Made by a program: the position numbers and the translations under genes. From assembly GCA_041483895.1 (NCBI GenBank), contig JBGPGO010000009.1:1-64000 (forward strand): DNA of 64,000 nucleotides, written 5' to 3'. How positions within the stretch are numbered: the stretch's first letter is position 1; every line of letters begins with the position of its first letter. The notes under the pieces were generated by a model. The model was given only the letters and a program-made list of their open reading frames with translations. It ran no database searches and was not told the origin of the DNA. Below are positions 29,642-39,890 of this stretch, piece by piece. The DNA is from Fimbriimonadia bacterium (GTDB taxonomy: Bacteria > Armatimonadota > Fimbriimonadia > Fimbriimonadales > JABRVX01).

Positions 29642-31072
29642 ATGGACGTAACGAAATTGAAGAGAGCGGCGGAATACGAGTGGATCATTGAGCCGAGCGG
29701 TGGGATGCGCGTTACTGCAATCCTCTTCGCAAGCGAAGCCTTAATCGCCGCCATGGATGAAAAGGTTCGCGAACAGATTTGCAATGTTGCGTCGCTTCCG
29801 GGAATCGTCCGGGCGGCCTACGCGATGCCGGATGCGCATTGGGGTTATGGTTTTCCCATCGGAGGCGTAGCCGCGTTTGACGCATCCCAGGGCGGAGTCA
29901 TTTCCGCCGGAGGCGTTGGCTTTGACATCTCCTGTGGCGTGCGGAATCTGACAACCGGACTCAAAGGCGCCGAAATGGATAAGGTCCGCGTGGAGTTGGC
30001 GAACGCGCTGTATGCGATTGTACCGGTAGGCGTCGGGAGCGAAGGGAAGTTGCGTCTGGAGGATGACGAAATGGACCGCATGCTGGCCGGCGGAGCACGG
30101 TGGGCTGTGGACTGCGGCTACGGTCGGCCGGAGGACCTCGAACGCATAGAGGAACACGGGGAAATGCGAGGGGCGGACCCTACGGAAGTGTCGGCCAATG
30201 CAAAGAAGCGCATGCGACGCCAGGTCGGGACTCTCGGTTCTGGAAACCATTACCTAGAGGTCCAAGTTGTAACCGAAGTCTTCCAAGATGAGATCGCGAA
30301 GGCCTTTGGGATAGAGCAAGACGATGTGGTTGTCAGCATTCACTGCGGATCGCGCGGATTGGGACATCAGATCGGAACGGAATACCTCAAAACCATGGCC
30401 CTCTCCGCCGCTGAGTATGGAATCGATTTGAAGGACCGAGAGTTGGCATGCGCCCCAATCTGTTCCCCTCTGGGACAATCCTATCTCGGCGCCATGCGGG
30501 CAGCGATCAATACCGCATTCGCCAATCGGCAGGTGATCACCCATTTGGCACGGGAAGTGTTTGCCGATGTTCTACCCTCCGCGAACCTCCGGCTGCTGTA
30601 TGACGTTTCACACAACACTTGCAAAGTTGAGAGCCATGAGGTCGATGGGGTGCTCCAAGATTTGTATGTCCATCGGAAGGGAGCGACACGCGCCTGGGGC
30701 CCGGGCCATCCCGATCTTCCGCCGGCGCTTCGAGCTGCCGGGCAGCCGGTTCTCATTGGCGGTTCCATGGGTACGGCATCCTATATTCTCTCCGGCACGG
30801 AGAAGGGAATGAGCGCGGCGTTCGGCTCCGCCTGTCATGGCGCCGGGCGCGCAATGAGTCGGCATCAGGCCCTAAAGATGCACAGCGGCCGGCAGATTAT
30901 CGACGAGTTGCGAGGGCGAGGGATTGAAATTCGCAGCCCATCGACGCGCGGAGTCGCGGAGGAAGCGCCGGCCGCCTACAAAGATGTGCGAGAAGTCGTG
31001 GAGGTGGCGGATCGCGCCGATCTCGCCCGTGTCGTGGCCCGATTGGAGCCGATCGTTTGCGTGAAAGGCTAG
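29642..31072 (+). CDS. rtcB: RtcB RNA-splicing/repair ligase
   Basis: MPDAHWGYGFPIGG, VGFDISCG, GTLGSGNHYLE, HCGSRG, HN, HRKGAT, HGAGR, EEAPAAYKD, VKG end. Confidence 0.96.
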   Translation: MDVTKLKRAAEYEWIIEPSGGMRVTAILFASEALIAAMDEKVREQICNVASLPGIVRAAYAMPDAHWGYGFPIGGVAAFDASQGGVISAGGVGFDISCGVRNLTTGLKGAEMDKVRVELANALYAIVPVGVGSEGKLRLEDDEMDRMLAGGARWAVDCGYGRPEDLERIEEHGEMRGADPTEVSANAKKRMRRQVGTLGSGNHYLEVQVVTEVFQDEIAKAFGIEQDDVVVSIHCGSRGLGHQIGTEYLKTMALSAAEYGIDLKDRELACAPICSPLGQSYLGAMRAAINTAFANRQVITHLAREVFADVLPSANLRLLYDVSHNTCKVESHEVDGVLQDLYVHRKGATRAWGPGHPDLPPALRAAGQPVLIGGSMGTASYILSGTEKGMSAAFGSACHGAGRAMSRHQALKMHSGRQIIDELRGRGIEIRSPSTRGVAEEAPAAYKDVREVVEVADRADLARVVARLEPIVCVKG

Positions 31073-31099
31073 GTGTTGCCAGGCGGGTATCATCGGCAC

Positions 31100-31753
31100 A
31101 TGAAGACCGCAATTCTGCTGGCCCTATCGCTCTGCTCAGTCGCCTCCCTCGCCGCAACATACTCGACAAAGCGGTTGAAGACGGATGACAGCAACGGGTT
31201 GCATGTGGACATCGCATACCCGGTGTTCACCGCGACCCTGGCCCCTGCCAAAGCGGCCAACGCCGCCATCGCCAAATGGGCGAAGAAGAGCCATGACGAG
31301 ATCGTGAAGGAGTTCCGGAAAAACGGCGGGCACTATGAGCGCACCGCCACGTTCTCTGTCGGTCGCGCCACCAACTCCGTCATCAGCGTGGAATTCAACG
31401 TGTCCGAATATACCGGTGGCGCGCATGGGAACATGGATTTCGTCGTTTTCAACTTTGGTAAGACCAAGCGCCTTGCACTCGGCGATCTATTCAAGCCGTC
31501 TTCCGGTTACAAGCAGCGCGTGAGCGACCTGATCATGCAGAAGCTGCGGAAGATGGATGGGGCGGATTGGGTGACGAGCGGGGAGTTCAAGGGTCCATCG
31601 AGTGAGCAGCTCAATCGCTTCGTCATTGGGAAGAGTGGCTTGACGTTTCTATTTGCTCCTTATGAAGTCGGCCCATACAGTGCGGGTCCTTTTCGAGTCC
31701 AATTATCAATGAAAGAACTGGGCGCAGACTTCATCTCGTCGTTCGTCAAGTGA
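31100..31753 (+). CDS. Secreted DUF4163/DUF3298 (RsiV/PdaC-like) protein
   Basis: YTGGAHG, L.LGDLF, FLFAPYEVGPYSAG motifs; signal peptide. Confidence 0.85.
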   Translation: MKTAILLALSLCSVASLAATYSTKRLKTDDSNGLHVDIAYPVFTATLAPAKAANAAIAKWAKKSHDEIVKEFRKNGGHYERTATFSVGRATNSVISVEFNVSEYTGGAHGNMDFVVFNFGKTKRLALGDLFKPSSGYKQRVSDLIMQKLRKMDGADWVTSGEFKGPSSEQLNRFVIGKSGLTFLFAPYEVGPYSAGPFRVQLSMKELGADFISSFVK

Positions 31754-31915
31754 GCGGCAGGCTTAGACAAGGGCCGGACGATGCGCGCCATCTTTGAAAT
31801 CGATGGAGACCGTCTGCGCATTTCTTATAATCTGGCGGGTCAGGATTATCCCACGAACTTCTCCACTCCCGCGGGGCCGATGTTGTTAATGGTTCGGCAC
31901 GAACACTCCGAGTAA
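31754..31915 (+). pseudogene. C-terminal remnant of a TIGR03067-like domain gene
   Basis: Translates KGRTMRAIFEIDGDRLRISYNLAGQDYPTNFSTPAG..., resembling the IY.L.GD.L.IC...RP..F motif; N-terminal part missing. Confidence 0.55.
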
Positions 31916-31917
31916 GC

Positions 31918-34900
31918 CTACTTCTTGGCGCCTACTAATCGCAGATGAACTGAAGATTCAATGACGTCGCCGCTCTTGATTGGCTTGCCATCGCCATAGT
32001 TTTCGATCCACTCTCCGCGGCTGTTCGATCCGCCGTACCAATCACTGACTTGCATCTCGATTCGATCCCCATCTACCATCGCGCGCGCACACTGTTTCCC
32101 ATCGGAAATCAAGCATACGCCGGGGCCGTTAGGATAACGAAGGGAAGCCCAGTTGATGTGGCGTTTCGTGCTGCGGAAATCATTGCTGCCAAGGGGAGAG
32201 TTGTCCATCGACCAGCTCCACGTTGGCGGCCATTTCGGCGACTGTGGTGACATGGCAAGGGTGTCACCGTGCTGCCTCCCTATGTGGTCTGCTGGATAGA
32301 CGGAGTATTCGGCGACCCGATCCCACTCCAACTCCTCACATGGGCGCGGGACCGAGAATCGCATGCCGATCTCTTTTGCGTGGAATTCCGGGCCGGAGTA
32401 GGTGAATCGGGAATGCACAGTCACCTCTCCGTTTGGTTCAATCGCGATATCATATCCGCCATCGAAATGCTCGTAGGCGCCGGTTATCGAAACATGGACC
32501 GCCTCGCCATCTTGCTTGATATCGAACGATTTTGGCTGCCATGTTTTATTGTTGGGAAGCGCGTCGAACGGCTTGCCGAGCGGCATAACATGCAACATGG
32601 GAAGGCTGAGCAGCACGGCCTCGTCATCCACGGTTCCCCGCCTCAGCAATGCCAGGTCACGGCCAAATCCGAGGTCGAATCGGTTTCCAAAGATGTATGT
32701 GGTGCTGCCATTGAGCGCGCTGACATCCTGGACGACCAGCGGTTGGGGCGCAACCGCTGCAGGTATTGGAGTCGCGATCGCGCTTCCTATGGGCAGCTTA
32801 TATCGATCGATCACACGAGCTTCTTTGTCCACAAACGTCAATGAAAGCGTCTGACCCGCCTTGCCCTCTTCGGGGATAACCAATTGACCTTTCGATCGTG
32901 GGGGTACGCGGGCATCTAGCGATCCCTTCTTTGAGCCGATCTCCCACAAAACAATAATCTCCGACAGATTCAAGAAATCAAATCGATTCTCCACCTCCAC
33001 TAAGAGAGGCGAACCGGTTGCGACCATCTCTTGCTTAATGACAACAGGCGAATGGAGCTTCTTTGTGTGCCAAAACTCCGGTTTTCTCCGTCGCCATCCG
33101 TCAATAACTCCCCACGGTGCATCGCCCACCAGGCCCCGTCCCGGCATCTTATATATCTCATCCGCATACTGCCCCGGCGTGTCACCTCTCCCATACTCCA
33201 ATCCCGCTCCCGGCTTACAGAAGATGTCATCCGCCCAGCACCATATTTGCGATCCCGACACAACGGGCGACTTGGCAAATCGATCATATACTGCCAGCAT
33301 TGGCTCGATGTAATAGTCCCTGATTCCCGGATCCGCCCACAGCTCCTCGTTATCTCCCCAAATACCCTGATAGATACACAGCGATTCATCCCACATCACT
33401 GGTATATGCAAGCGTTTCTCCAAATCGTCGATTTGCGGTATTGAAATCGGATTGTGACGGATGGCGATGTCCAGATCGCCGTCCCGGTGATAGGAACCAC
33501 CGAATGGACGCGACGGGTCGATCTTCTTCATCAGATCGTGCGCGCGCCAAAAACCAAACCCCATCCCGCTCTCGTTGCAGATTGACCACATAAAAACGCA
33601 TGGGTGATCGATATCCCGCGCGAGCATCTCGGCGTTCATCTGCATGATTCGGGGCGTGAGTCTCAGATCGTCCGATCCGTCCGCCCAGCAGAAGGAGCCC
33701 TCATCCTCCACATACACACCCAATTCGTCCGCGATGTCGAGCAGTTCCGGAATCGGTGGATAGTGCGAGGTGCGAAGTGCGTTGAGATTTGCCTCCTTCA
33801 TGAGCTCCAAATCCCTTCGCTCCAGTTCGGGAGACACTGCGCGCCCGAGCAGGGGATCGCTGTCGTGATGGCAGGTGCCTTTGAACTTCGCCGGCTTCCC
33901 ATTGATCAGAATTTCCGAACCTCGAACCTCCGTCTGGCGAAACCCAAATCGTTGAGTCAGCCTCTGCACAACCTGAGAGCCGCTACGCAATTCAATTGTC
34001 ATATCGTACAGATTTGGCTGTTCGGCGTTCCACTTCTTCGGCGACTTTGCGACGAACGAGATGGGAACATCGGAGCGCGCCCACGGACCGAGGGATACAT
34101 TAGCCGGTTGCATCTCCAATGATACACCAGGCACTTGAACATTAATTGTTCCAGTGACATTGCTACCAGTTTGGTTGATGACAGAAACTGTTCCACCGAC
34201 CGTTGCGTCCTGGTAGGTTTTATCAAACTTGGTTGCAAGATTCAATGCACATATATGCACGTCGGGAACGCGATACAGGATCACTTTTCGCATAATGCCA
34301 CCGAGATGGAAGTCCGCATACATGCTCATGTGATCCAGACTATCACTGACAACTGTATGTTCTGTGACACGCACTGCCACCACATTGTAGCCAGACACTA
34401 TCGAATCGGTGACATCGATTTCAAATGGCAGTGCGCCGCCCTCATGATAAGCAAGCCGATGGCCATTCACCCACACCTCGGCGCCGCTGTACACTCCATC
34501 AAATCTCAGCATCAAACGGCCGGAACCAGCCGGCGCGCGGAATCTTTTTCGATACCCCGCGATAGAGCTGGGAGAGCGATATCCCTCCATCTCCCAATGC
34601 GCGGGCACCTTGATACCAGTCCAGCCGGCATCATCATAAGAGGAACTTTCAAATCCAGTCGGCGGGTCGAGCATGAACTTCCAACTGCCGTTGAGACTCG
34701 TTACCTTCTCATCACGTCTTATGGGGTTCAAGCCATACTGCAATCCGGCCGCATCAAATTCGCGCTCTGCGCTCTTGCCTGCCGCCGTAGCTTTAACTAA
34801 CACAACGCCAGTCAGCCCAATCGGCATCGCAACGGAGAAGATGCCGAGGGAATCGCTGCGAGCCGATGCCGACCAATGGCCCGTCTTCGATTCGCCGGAC

Positions 34901-35463
34901 AGCATGATATCGGCGCCCTCGTTCGGGTCGCTTCCCCACTGGTCCGTCGCGATTCCGATGACATTCCCATGCGCATCAGAGGCGATCTGTACGAACGGTT
35001 TTGTCACACGCGGCATCTGATAGACCTCGACCTCGGTAAAGCTCGGGCCGTTCGTGATGTTGCCGATCCGCAGACGCGACGTCTTGACCGGATCGAATTC
35101 CGAGACGACGACGCGCGGAAGATGAACATTCGGTTTGCCGTGGTGCTGGACGGTAACCCACTGCTCGTTCCGCCAAATCTGCACATCCAGCTCGATCACG
35201 AATCGGTCGTATTGGTGCAAGATAACTTGGCCGATTGAGACCGGCTTGTCCCAATCCAATTGGTACCAAACGCCGGAGTTGTGGCCGGGAATCCCGGACC
35301 AGCGCGTGTCGTACCGCCCGTCAATCGCCAGTTCCGGGACGTAGTTATCCTGGGTTTCCGATGCGGTGGCTTTGGCGTGGAGAGCGAGATTTTCCGAGTC
35401 GGCGAAGGTGTGCATTGAGGCGCCTCCCAATAGCAGCAGGCAGGTGAGTCGGTATAGGTTCAT
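31918..35463 (-). CDS. GH2 beta-galactosidase-like glycoside hydrolase with N-terminal F5/8 type C (discoidin) domain
   Basis: AIDGRYDTRWSG; LRFDGVYS, FGFRQ, NALRTSHYP, WSICNES; signal peptide. Confidence 0.9.
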   Translation of the reverse strand: MNLYRLTCLLLLGGASMHTFADSENLALHAKATASETQDNYVPELAIDGRYDTRWSGIPGHNSGVWYQLDWDKPVSIGQVILHQYDRFVIELDVQIWRNEQWVTVQHHGKPNVHLPRVVVSEFDPVKTSRLRIGNITNGPSFTEVEVYQMPRVTKPFVQIASDAHGNVIGIATDQWGSDPNEGADIMLSGESKTGHWSASARSDSLGIFSVAMPIGLTGVVLVKATAAGKSAEREFDAAGLQYGLNPIRRDEKVTSLNGSWKFMLDPPTGFESSSYDDAGWTGIKVPAHWEMEGYRSPSSIAGYRKRFRAPAGSGRLMLRFDGVYSGAEVWVNGHRLAYHEGGALPFEIDVTDSIVSGYNVVAVRVTEHTVVSDSLDHMSMYADFHLGGIMRKVILYRVPDVHICALNLATKFDKTYQDATVGGTVSVINQTGSNVTGTINVQVPGVSLEMQPANVSLGPWARSDVPISFVAKSPKKWNAEQPNLYDMTIELRSGSQVVQRLTQRFGFRQTEVRGSEILINGKPAKFKGTCHHDSDPLLGRAVSPELERRDLELMKEANLNALRTSHYPPIPELLDIADELGVYVEDEGSFCWADGSDDLRLTPRIMQMNAEMLARDIDHPCVFMWSICNESGMGFGFWRAHDLMKKIDPSRPFGGSYHRDGDLDIAIRHNPISIPQIDDLEKRLHIPVMWDESLCIYQGIWGDNEELWADPGIRDYYIEPMLAVYDRFAKSPVVSGSQIWCWADDIFCKPGAGLEYGRGDTPGQYADEIYKMPGRGLVGDAPWGVIDGWRRRKPEFWHTKKLHSPVVIKQEMVATGSPLLVEVENRFDFLNLSEIIVLWEIGSKKGSLDARVPPRSKGQLVIPEEGKAGQTLSLTFVDKEARVIDRYKLPIGSAIATPIPAAVAPQPLVVQDVSALNGSTTYIFGNRFDLGFGRDLALLRRGTVDDEAVLLSLPMLHVMPLGKPFDALPNNKTWQPKSFDIKQDGEAVHVSITGAYEHFDGGYDIAIEPNGEVTVHSRFTYSGPEFHAKEIGMRFSVPRPCEELEWDRVAEYSVYPADHIGRQHGDTLAMSPQSPKWPPTWSWSMDNSPLGSNDFRSTKRHINWASLRYPNGPGVCLISDGKQCARAMVDGDRIEMQVSDWYGGSNSRGEWIENYGDGKPIKSGDVIESSVHLRLVGAKK

Positions 35464-35547
35464 CGCGCAACCCTTTCGACGTCGCTATCTGCTCCACCTT
35501 TTCTTTGGCCGGGCAGGAACAAACGGAACCTCGGAGAAACATGGTTC

Positions 35548-37356
35548 ATGTCCGTCTGGGTCCTTCTCTCGCTCCTGCTGCTTGCCGCGCCGGTCCGCAC
35601 GGTCACGGTTTCCAAGCGGTTCCTCATGTTCCCCGTACGGCCGGGCGCGCCGAAAGTCCGGATGGCGCTATCCGTAGAAGGGGTTTCGGTGGACGATTTT
35701 GATTTGGAGCTTGACGCGGCTGCGCCGGCGAACTGGATGGCGTTCGATGTGGGGCGGTGGCGCGGGCAGAAGGTCGCTCTGACGGGAGACGGGGTCGAGG
35801 CGATCAAGGAAGCGGACGAGATTCCGAATCTGTATCATGAGGCGCTGCGTCCGCAATTCCACTTTTCCGCGCGGCGGGGATGGCTGAACGATCCGAACGG
35901 GTTGGTTTTCGCGAACGGTGAGTATCATCTGTTCTTTCAGCACAATCCGTTCGGCACGTCGTGGGGGAATATGCATTGGGGGCACGCGATCAGCAAGGAC
36001 CTGGTGCACTGGGTTGAGCAGCCCGAAGCGATTTTTCCGCATTCGTTGGAAGACGGCATTTGGTCTGGCAGCGCGGTGGTGGATACGGATAACACGGCGG
36101 GATTTGGCAAGGGGGCGATGGTGGCTGCGTTCGCGAGTCCGGTACGGGGGGAGTGTATCGCCTATATGCCAAAAAGCCCTCCTTCTTCTTCTCGCCCACC
36201 GCGAACTTTGGCCTTGAACTCCCTCCCCCGCTTGCGGGGGAGGGGTGGGGTCGGGGATCTCTCGGAAAGCCCTCCCCTTTTTTCAGGCGGCAGCCTGGAA
36301 AAGGGGGAGGGTGGGGTGGGGGTTAATTCCGACCGCTTCATTGAATACCCCGGCAATCCGGTCGTAAAGCATGTCGGCCGCGATCCGAAGGTGATATGGT
36401 ATGCGCCGGAAAAGAAATGGGCGATGGCGGTATACGACGAGCGCGATGGGAGTCATGGAATCGCTTTCTATGATTCCCATGACTTAAAGTCATGGAACTA
36501 TCTCAGCCGCATTGATGGATTCTATGAGTGCCCGGAGCTATTTGAGATACCATTGGATGGTAACAAGAAAAATACAAAGTGGGTGATCTACGCGGGGGAT
36601 GGGGCCTATCGCGTCGGCAAATTCGACGGTCATGCATTCACTCCGGAAACAGAGAAGATTCCCCTCGCGCACGGACAGACGTTTTACGCCTCCCAAACAT
36701 ACAATGGCATCCCCGCCAAGGACGGCCGGCGCATACAGATCGCATGGGGCCGCATCGATTTCCCCGGCATGCCGTTCAACCAGCAGATGCTGTTCCCCGT
36801 CTCCCTCACCCTCCACACCACGCCATCCGGCCCACGCCTTTTCGCATATCCCGTGAAAGAGATCGAGAAACTGTGGGGACCGGCGATGGACTTGAAGAAG
36901 ATGCGCTGGGGTTCACGTCCGGCAATCCCTGCCGATCGCGAGAACCAAAGACCCCTGCGCGATGAACTGACCGTCACACCCGACCACCCGCTGGAGATTC
37001 CCCTACCCTCTCGCCAATTAGACATCAGCCTGACGATCGACCTCGATACCTCGGCCTCCGTCACCATCACTCCCTTCGGCGTCCCGATCACCTACGACGG
37101 CAAATCGATTGAGTGCAGCGGCGTTCGAGCACCATTGGCTCCAGAGCCAGCCTCGCCCCGCCTCACCCTTCGCCTCCTCATCGACACGATGTCCATCGAA
37201 GTCTTCGCCGGCGACGGACAGGTCTACCTCCCTCTCGCAGCAAATTTGACGGGCGCGACCACAACTCTCGGCATTCACAGCAGCGCGCAATCAACAATGA
37301 CAAATCTAACGATTCGTGCGCTGAAATCCACCTGGTTCAGGCAATCAGCAGATTAG
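35548..37356 (+). CDS. GH32 levanase/beta-fructofuranosidase with in-frame repeat insertion
   Basis: WLNDPNG, WGHA.S.DL.HW, WSGSA, RDPKV, ECPELF, FYASQT. Confidence 0.92.
   Translation: MSVWVLLSLLLLAAPVRTVTVSKRFLMFPVRPGAPKVRMALSVEGVSVDDFDLELDAAAPANWMAFDVGRWRGQKVALTGDGVEAIKEADEIPNLYHEALRPQFHFSARRGWLNDPNGLVFANGEYHLFFQHNPFGTSWGNMHWGHAISKDLVHWVEQPEAIFPHSLEDGIWSGSAVVDTDNTAGFGKGAMVAAFASPVRGECIAYMPKSPPSSSRPPRTLALNSLPRLRGRGGVGDLSESPPLFSGGSLEKGEGGVGVNSDRFIEYPGNPVVKHVGRDPKVIWYAPEKKWAMAVYDERDGSHGIAFYDSHDLKSWNYLSRIDGFYECPELFEIPLDGNKKNTKWVIYAGDGAYRVGKFDGHAFTPETEKIPLAHGQTFYASQTYNGIPAKDGRRIQIAWGRIDFPGMPFNQQMLFPVSLTLHTTPSGPRLFAYPVKEIEKLWGPAMDLKKMRWGSRPAIPADRENQRPLRDELTVTPDHPLEIPLPSRQLDISLTIDLDTSASVTITPFGVPITYDGKSIECSGVRAPLAPEPASPRLTLRLLIDTMSIEVFAGDGQVYLPLAANLTGATTTLGIHSSAQSTMTNLTIRALKSTWFRQSAD
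36221..36324. repeat. Two palindromic CCCTCCCC...GGGGAGGG-GGGGTGGGG elements inside the GH32 CDS
   Basis: ccctcccccgcttgcgggggaggggtggggtcgggg (36221-36256) and gaaagccctccccttttttcaggcggcagcctggaaaagggggagggtggggtgggggtt (36265-36324). Confidence 0.85.
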
Positions 37357-37371
37357 CCCGTCCCAGTGCAA

Positions 37372-39732
37372 TTAGCCGCCGCCTTCCTGATCCTTCACCT
37401 TTTGTTCGTATCTGGCAATCTCGTCTAGGACATTCTTCGGCGGCTTCGAGATGCTCCATTTTGAGCCCGGAATCAGATTGTAGTAAGCCAAAGTAATCGG
37501 AAAGCCCGCTCCATCGCCTAAGGTAATTTGAAACGTGTACTCATGCGCGTCAAAACGCCTAAACTCAAGCTTCGGTTTGACATCCCAATCATCGTAAGCG
37601 ATCACTCGTTTGGCCTTTACATCGTTAGCAAAATTGTACAGATCGTAAATCTCCCAATTCAACACTTCGTCGTCATCACCCATTGTCAACATCGCATACC
37701 CTGAGTAATTCCAATGAGACAGACGGATCCCTGACTGCGTATCCTCGGATGGCATAGGTGGCTCTCGCTCCCCCCACTGGCGAGAATCAAAATTGGTGCG
37801 GAAACCACCCCCAAAGTCGGTTGAATTCTTCAGTGCAAGTAGCCGCAACTGCGACTTTCTTGGCAACTCGTTGAAGGATACCCATTCGCCGGCGAGCAAT
37901 TTCGACTTAAACTGGTTTGAAATCTCATGCCACACTCGAAGCATCTCGCGCGAGGCGCCGTGGAGAAACGGAAACTCGTTCGGATGGCCTCGACCAGGCA
38001 AGAAGTTGGTGCGTGGAGCGAATTGCTCCTCTGTTGTCATTGCGGCCAGCCGACCCAGCTTGTCCAACGAAACCGCGCCTTTGCCTACCGTCAGCTTACA
38101 GATATCGATCAGTGCGGCACGCGGTACCTGTGCCCTTCGCAATATCGGCCAGTTCTCGCTCCGAATCGATAGCCATCCGTCACGAAGTTCACACTTCGCA
38201 GGGACTCCCTGTCGGATGGCATCCAGGTAGGCGCCAACGGTTTTGGCAGCAGGAGGAGAATCATATGATGCGATGGAGGTCCCTCTGGGCATCTGCTTAT
38301 TGTTGTTCCCCCAATCATCGAACGCATCAGAAATCAAACAACATCCAGCCGACTTCGCAACAGCAATTCGAAGCGGAGCTTCGGTCCAGTTCAATGGATC
38401 ATCCTCACCGATCATTGCCAGCCTCAGGTTCCATGCCGAGTTGCGGACCTTGTCGTCGGCGGAATCTTCACCGCGCAAGGGCTGAGGAAGTTGGACTGAT
38501 TTGCCAAGAACTGGATCGCTGGAGTAGTCCTTCGGTTTTCCGGCATTGGGATCCCAGCGGAGTTCCTTCGGGTACCCCTCGCCGGTCCGAAGCCAATTGA
38601 GATGTCTTTCATATTTTGCAAACGGCAAGTCCCAGAAGTGATCCCGAAAGGCAACATCACGTCCATTCGAATCGCTGGCAATCACGAAAGCGTCTAACCC
38701 CTGTGGAGCTGGTCCGGAGGTAAAACTCAGGTAGTTGGGCTTGAGATGCTCTGTTACACCGTTCGCAACCACCAACCGGACCGACGCTATCGATTCAGGT
38801 GCTGGCAGATTTCGCGAATCCGCAAAAAGCCCTGGCTGTGAGCTGAAGTCCGGCACCATTGCAATGCGGATTTGACGGTCGGTAGTTTGGTCATCGTTAA
38901 GCATGAACGGACGGCTGGAACCGACCTCGAGCTTCTCTCTCAACCAAGCGCGAGTTTTTTCCAAGAACGCAGATGGCAACGGCAGGTCTTCGCCGCGAGG
39001 TTTAGTGCTAAACGTGATGGATTGACCGACCACAAGACGGCGCCAAACACCAATTGGTTGGCCAGCGATGAACCTTGCGACTTCCAACCGATCGGGTGCA
39101 ATTTCGTATCCAATAGACATGTGCCAAGAACCTGAATGCATGTCATTTCCGTTTGGGCTGTCGTGCACAGCGTTCTTGCTGCCACCCTCCAACCACTCTA
39201 CGTACAATGCCTTCAGCTTGGCGACGTCTTCCTCGGTCAAGAGCGCTGTCTTGCGAAAACTGTCACGCAAGTCCTGGCTAGGTTGCGCGTAAAGACTAGT
39301 TAGCAACTGAGCCTCATAATCCGCACTTATCTTGGGCTGAAAGAGCTCATAACTAGCTGGACCGATCTGTCGCCATTCCAAATTGAAATGCTCCGCGAAT
39401 TTGTTCAGAAATTCCGCGTAGGTCTTATCCGTGATGGAGGCGATTGACATGTCCTGAGCGTATGCATCAGTGACCGTTAGATGAACGCCAGTTCGCTTCG
39501 AAATATCCGCGAGCAGATCGGTGAAGCTGATCGCCAAATAATCATGGCTGAACTTTGTCTCCAGCCGAGTGTCGTCAAATTTGAATGGGCTGTACTTCGG
39601 GAGCGGAGGGGGAGGTTTCAGCGGCGCATCGTCTAATATGACCGGTTGCTGTGGGCCGCCCAGCACCTGGGTCGGAGGCACTGAGCATCCGATTAGATAT
39701 GCCAACCCGATGCCTATTGACAGCTTTAGCAT
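37372..39732 (-). CDS. Large exported hypothetical protein (possible lipoprotein)
   Basis: 786-aa ORF, N-terminal hydrophobic stretch ending LIGC; visibly less GC-rich than neighbours. Confidence 0.75.
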   Translation of the reverse strand: MLKLSIGIGLAYLIGCSVPPTQVLGGPQQPVILDDAPLKPPPPLPKYSPFKFDDTRLETKFSHDYLAISFTDLLADISKRTGVHLTVTDAYAQDMSIASITDKTYAEFLNKFAEHFNLEWRQIGPASYELFQPKISADYEAQLLTSLYAQPSQDLRDSFRKTALLTEEDVAKLKALYVEWLEGGSKNAVHDSPNGNDMHSGSWHMSIGYEIAPDRLEVARFIAGQPIGVWRRLVVGQSITFSTKPRGEDLPLPSAFLEKTRAWLREKLEVGSSRPFMLNDDQTTDRQIRIAMVPDFSSQPGLFADSRNLPAPESIASVRLVVANGVTEHLKPNYLSFTSGPAPQGLDAFVIASDSNGRDVAFRDHFWDLPFAKYERHLNWLRTGEGYPKELRWDPNAGKPKDYSSDPVLGKSVQLPQPLRGEDSADDKVRNSAWNLRLAMIGEDDPLNWTEAPLRIAVAKSAGCCLISDAFDDWGNNNKQMPRGTSIASYDSPPAAKTVGAYLDAIRQGVPAKCELRDGWLSIRSENWPILRRAQVPRAALIDICKLTVGKGAVSLDKLGRLAAMTTEEQFAPRTNFLPGRGHPNEFPFLHGASREMLRVWHEISNQFKSKLLAGEWVSFNELPRKSQLRLLALKNSTDFGGGFRTNFDSRQWGEREPPMPSEDTQSGIRLSHWNYSGYAMLTMGDDDEVLNWEIYDLYNFANDVKAKRVIAYDDWDVKPKLEFRRFDAHEYTFQITLGDGAGFPITLAYYNLIPGSKWSISKPPKNVLDEIARYEQKVKDQEGGG

Positions 39733-39801
39733 AGCTTCACCTCGACAAGTTGTAACTGTTGTACCATGAGATTGACGGACGGGCGGCAGGTTTGGTGCTG
39801 C

Positions 39802-39890
39802 TTAGGCTGGTTCAACGCAAACAATTCCATACGACCGCAACGCCGCTTCGAACAGCCTGTGGGATGCGACCTCCTCGGCGGGGGTGGCGC
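39802..39890 (-). pseudogene. Diverged copy of the 3' end of the Gfo/Idh/MocA gene
   Basis: ATPAEEVASHRLFEAALRS vs ATPAETVASHRLFDAALQS; colinear with 40194-40282 including the stop position. Confidence 0.85.

Noticed and set aside
31751..31915. UGA read-through (Sec) fusing DUF3298 to the downstream in-frame segment
   Set aside because: UGA is not in a redox motif, no SECIS-like hairpin is evident, and the downstream part is only a partial domain; a gene remnant is more likely.
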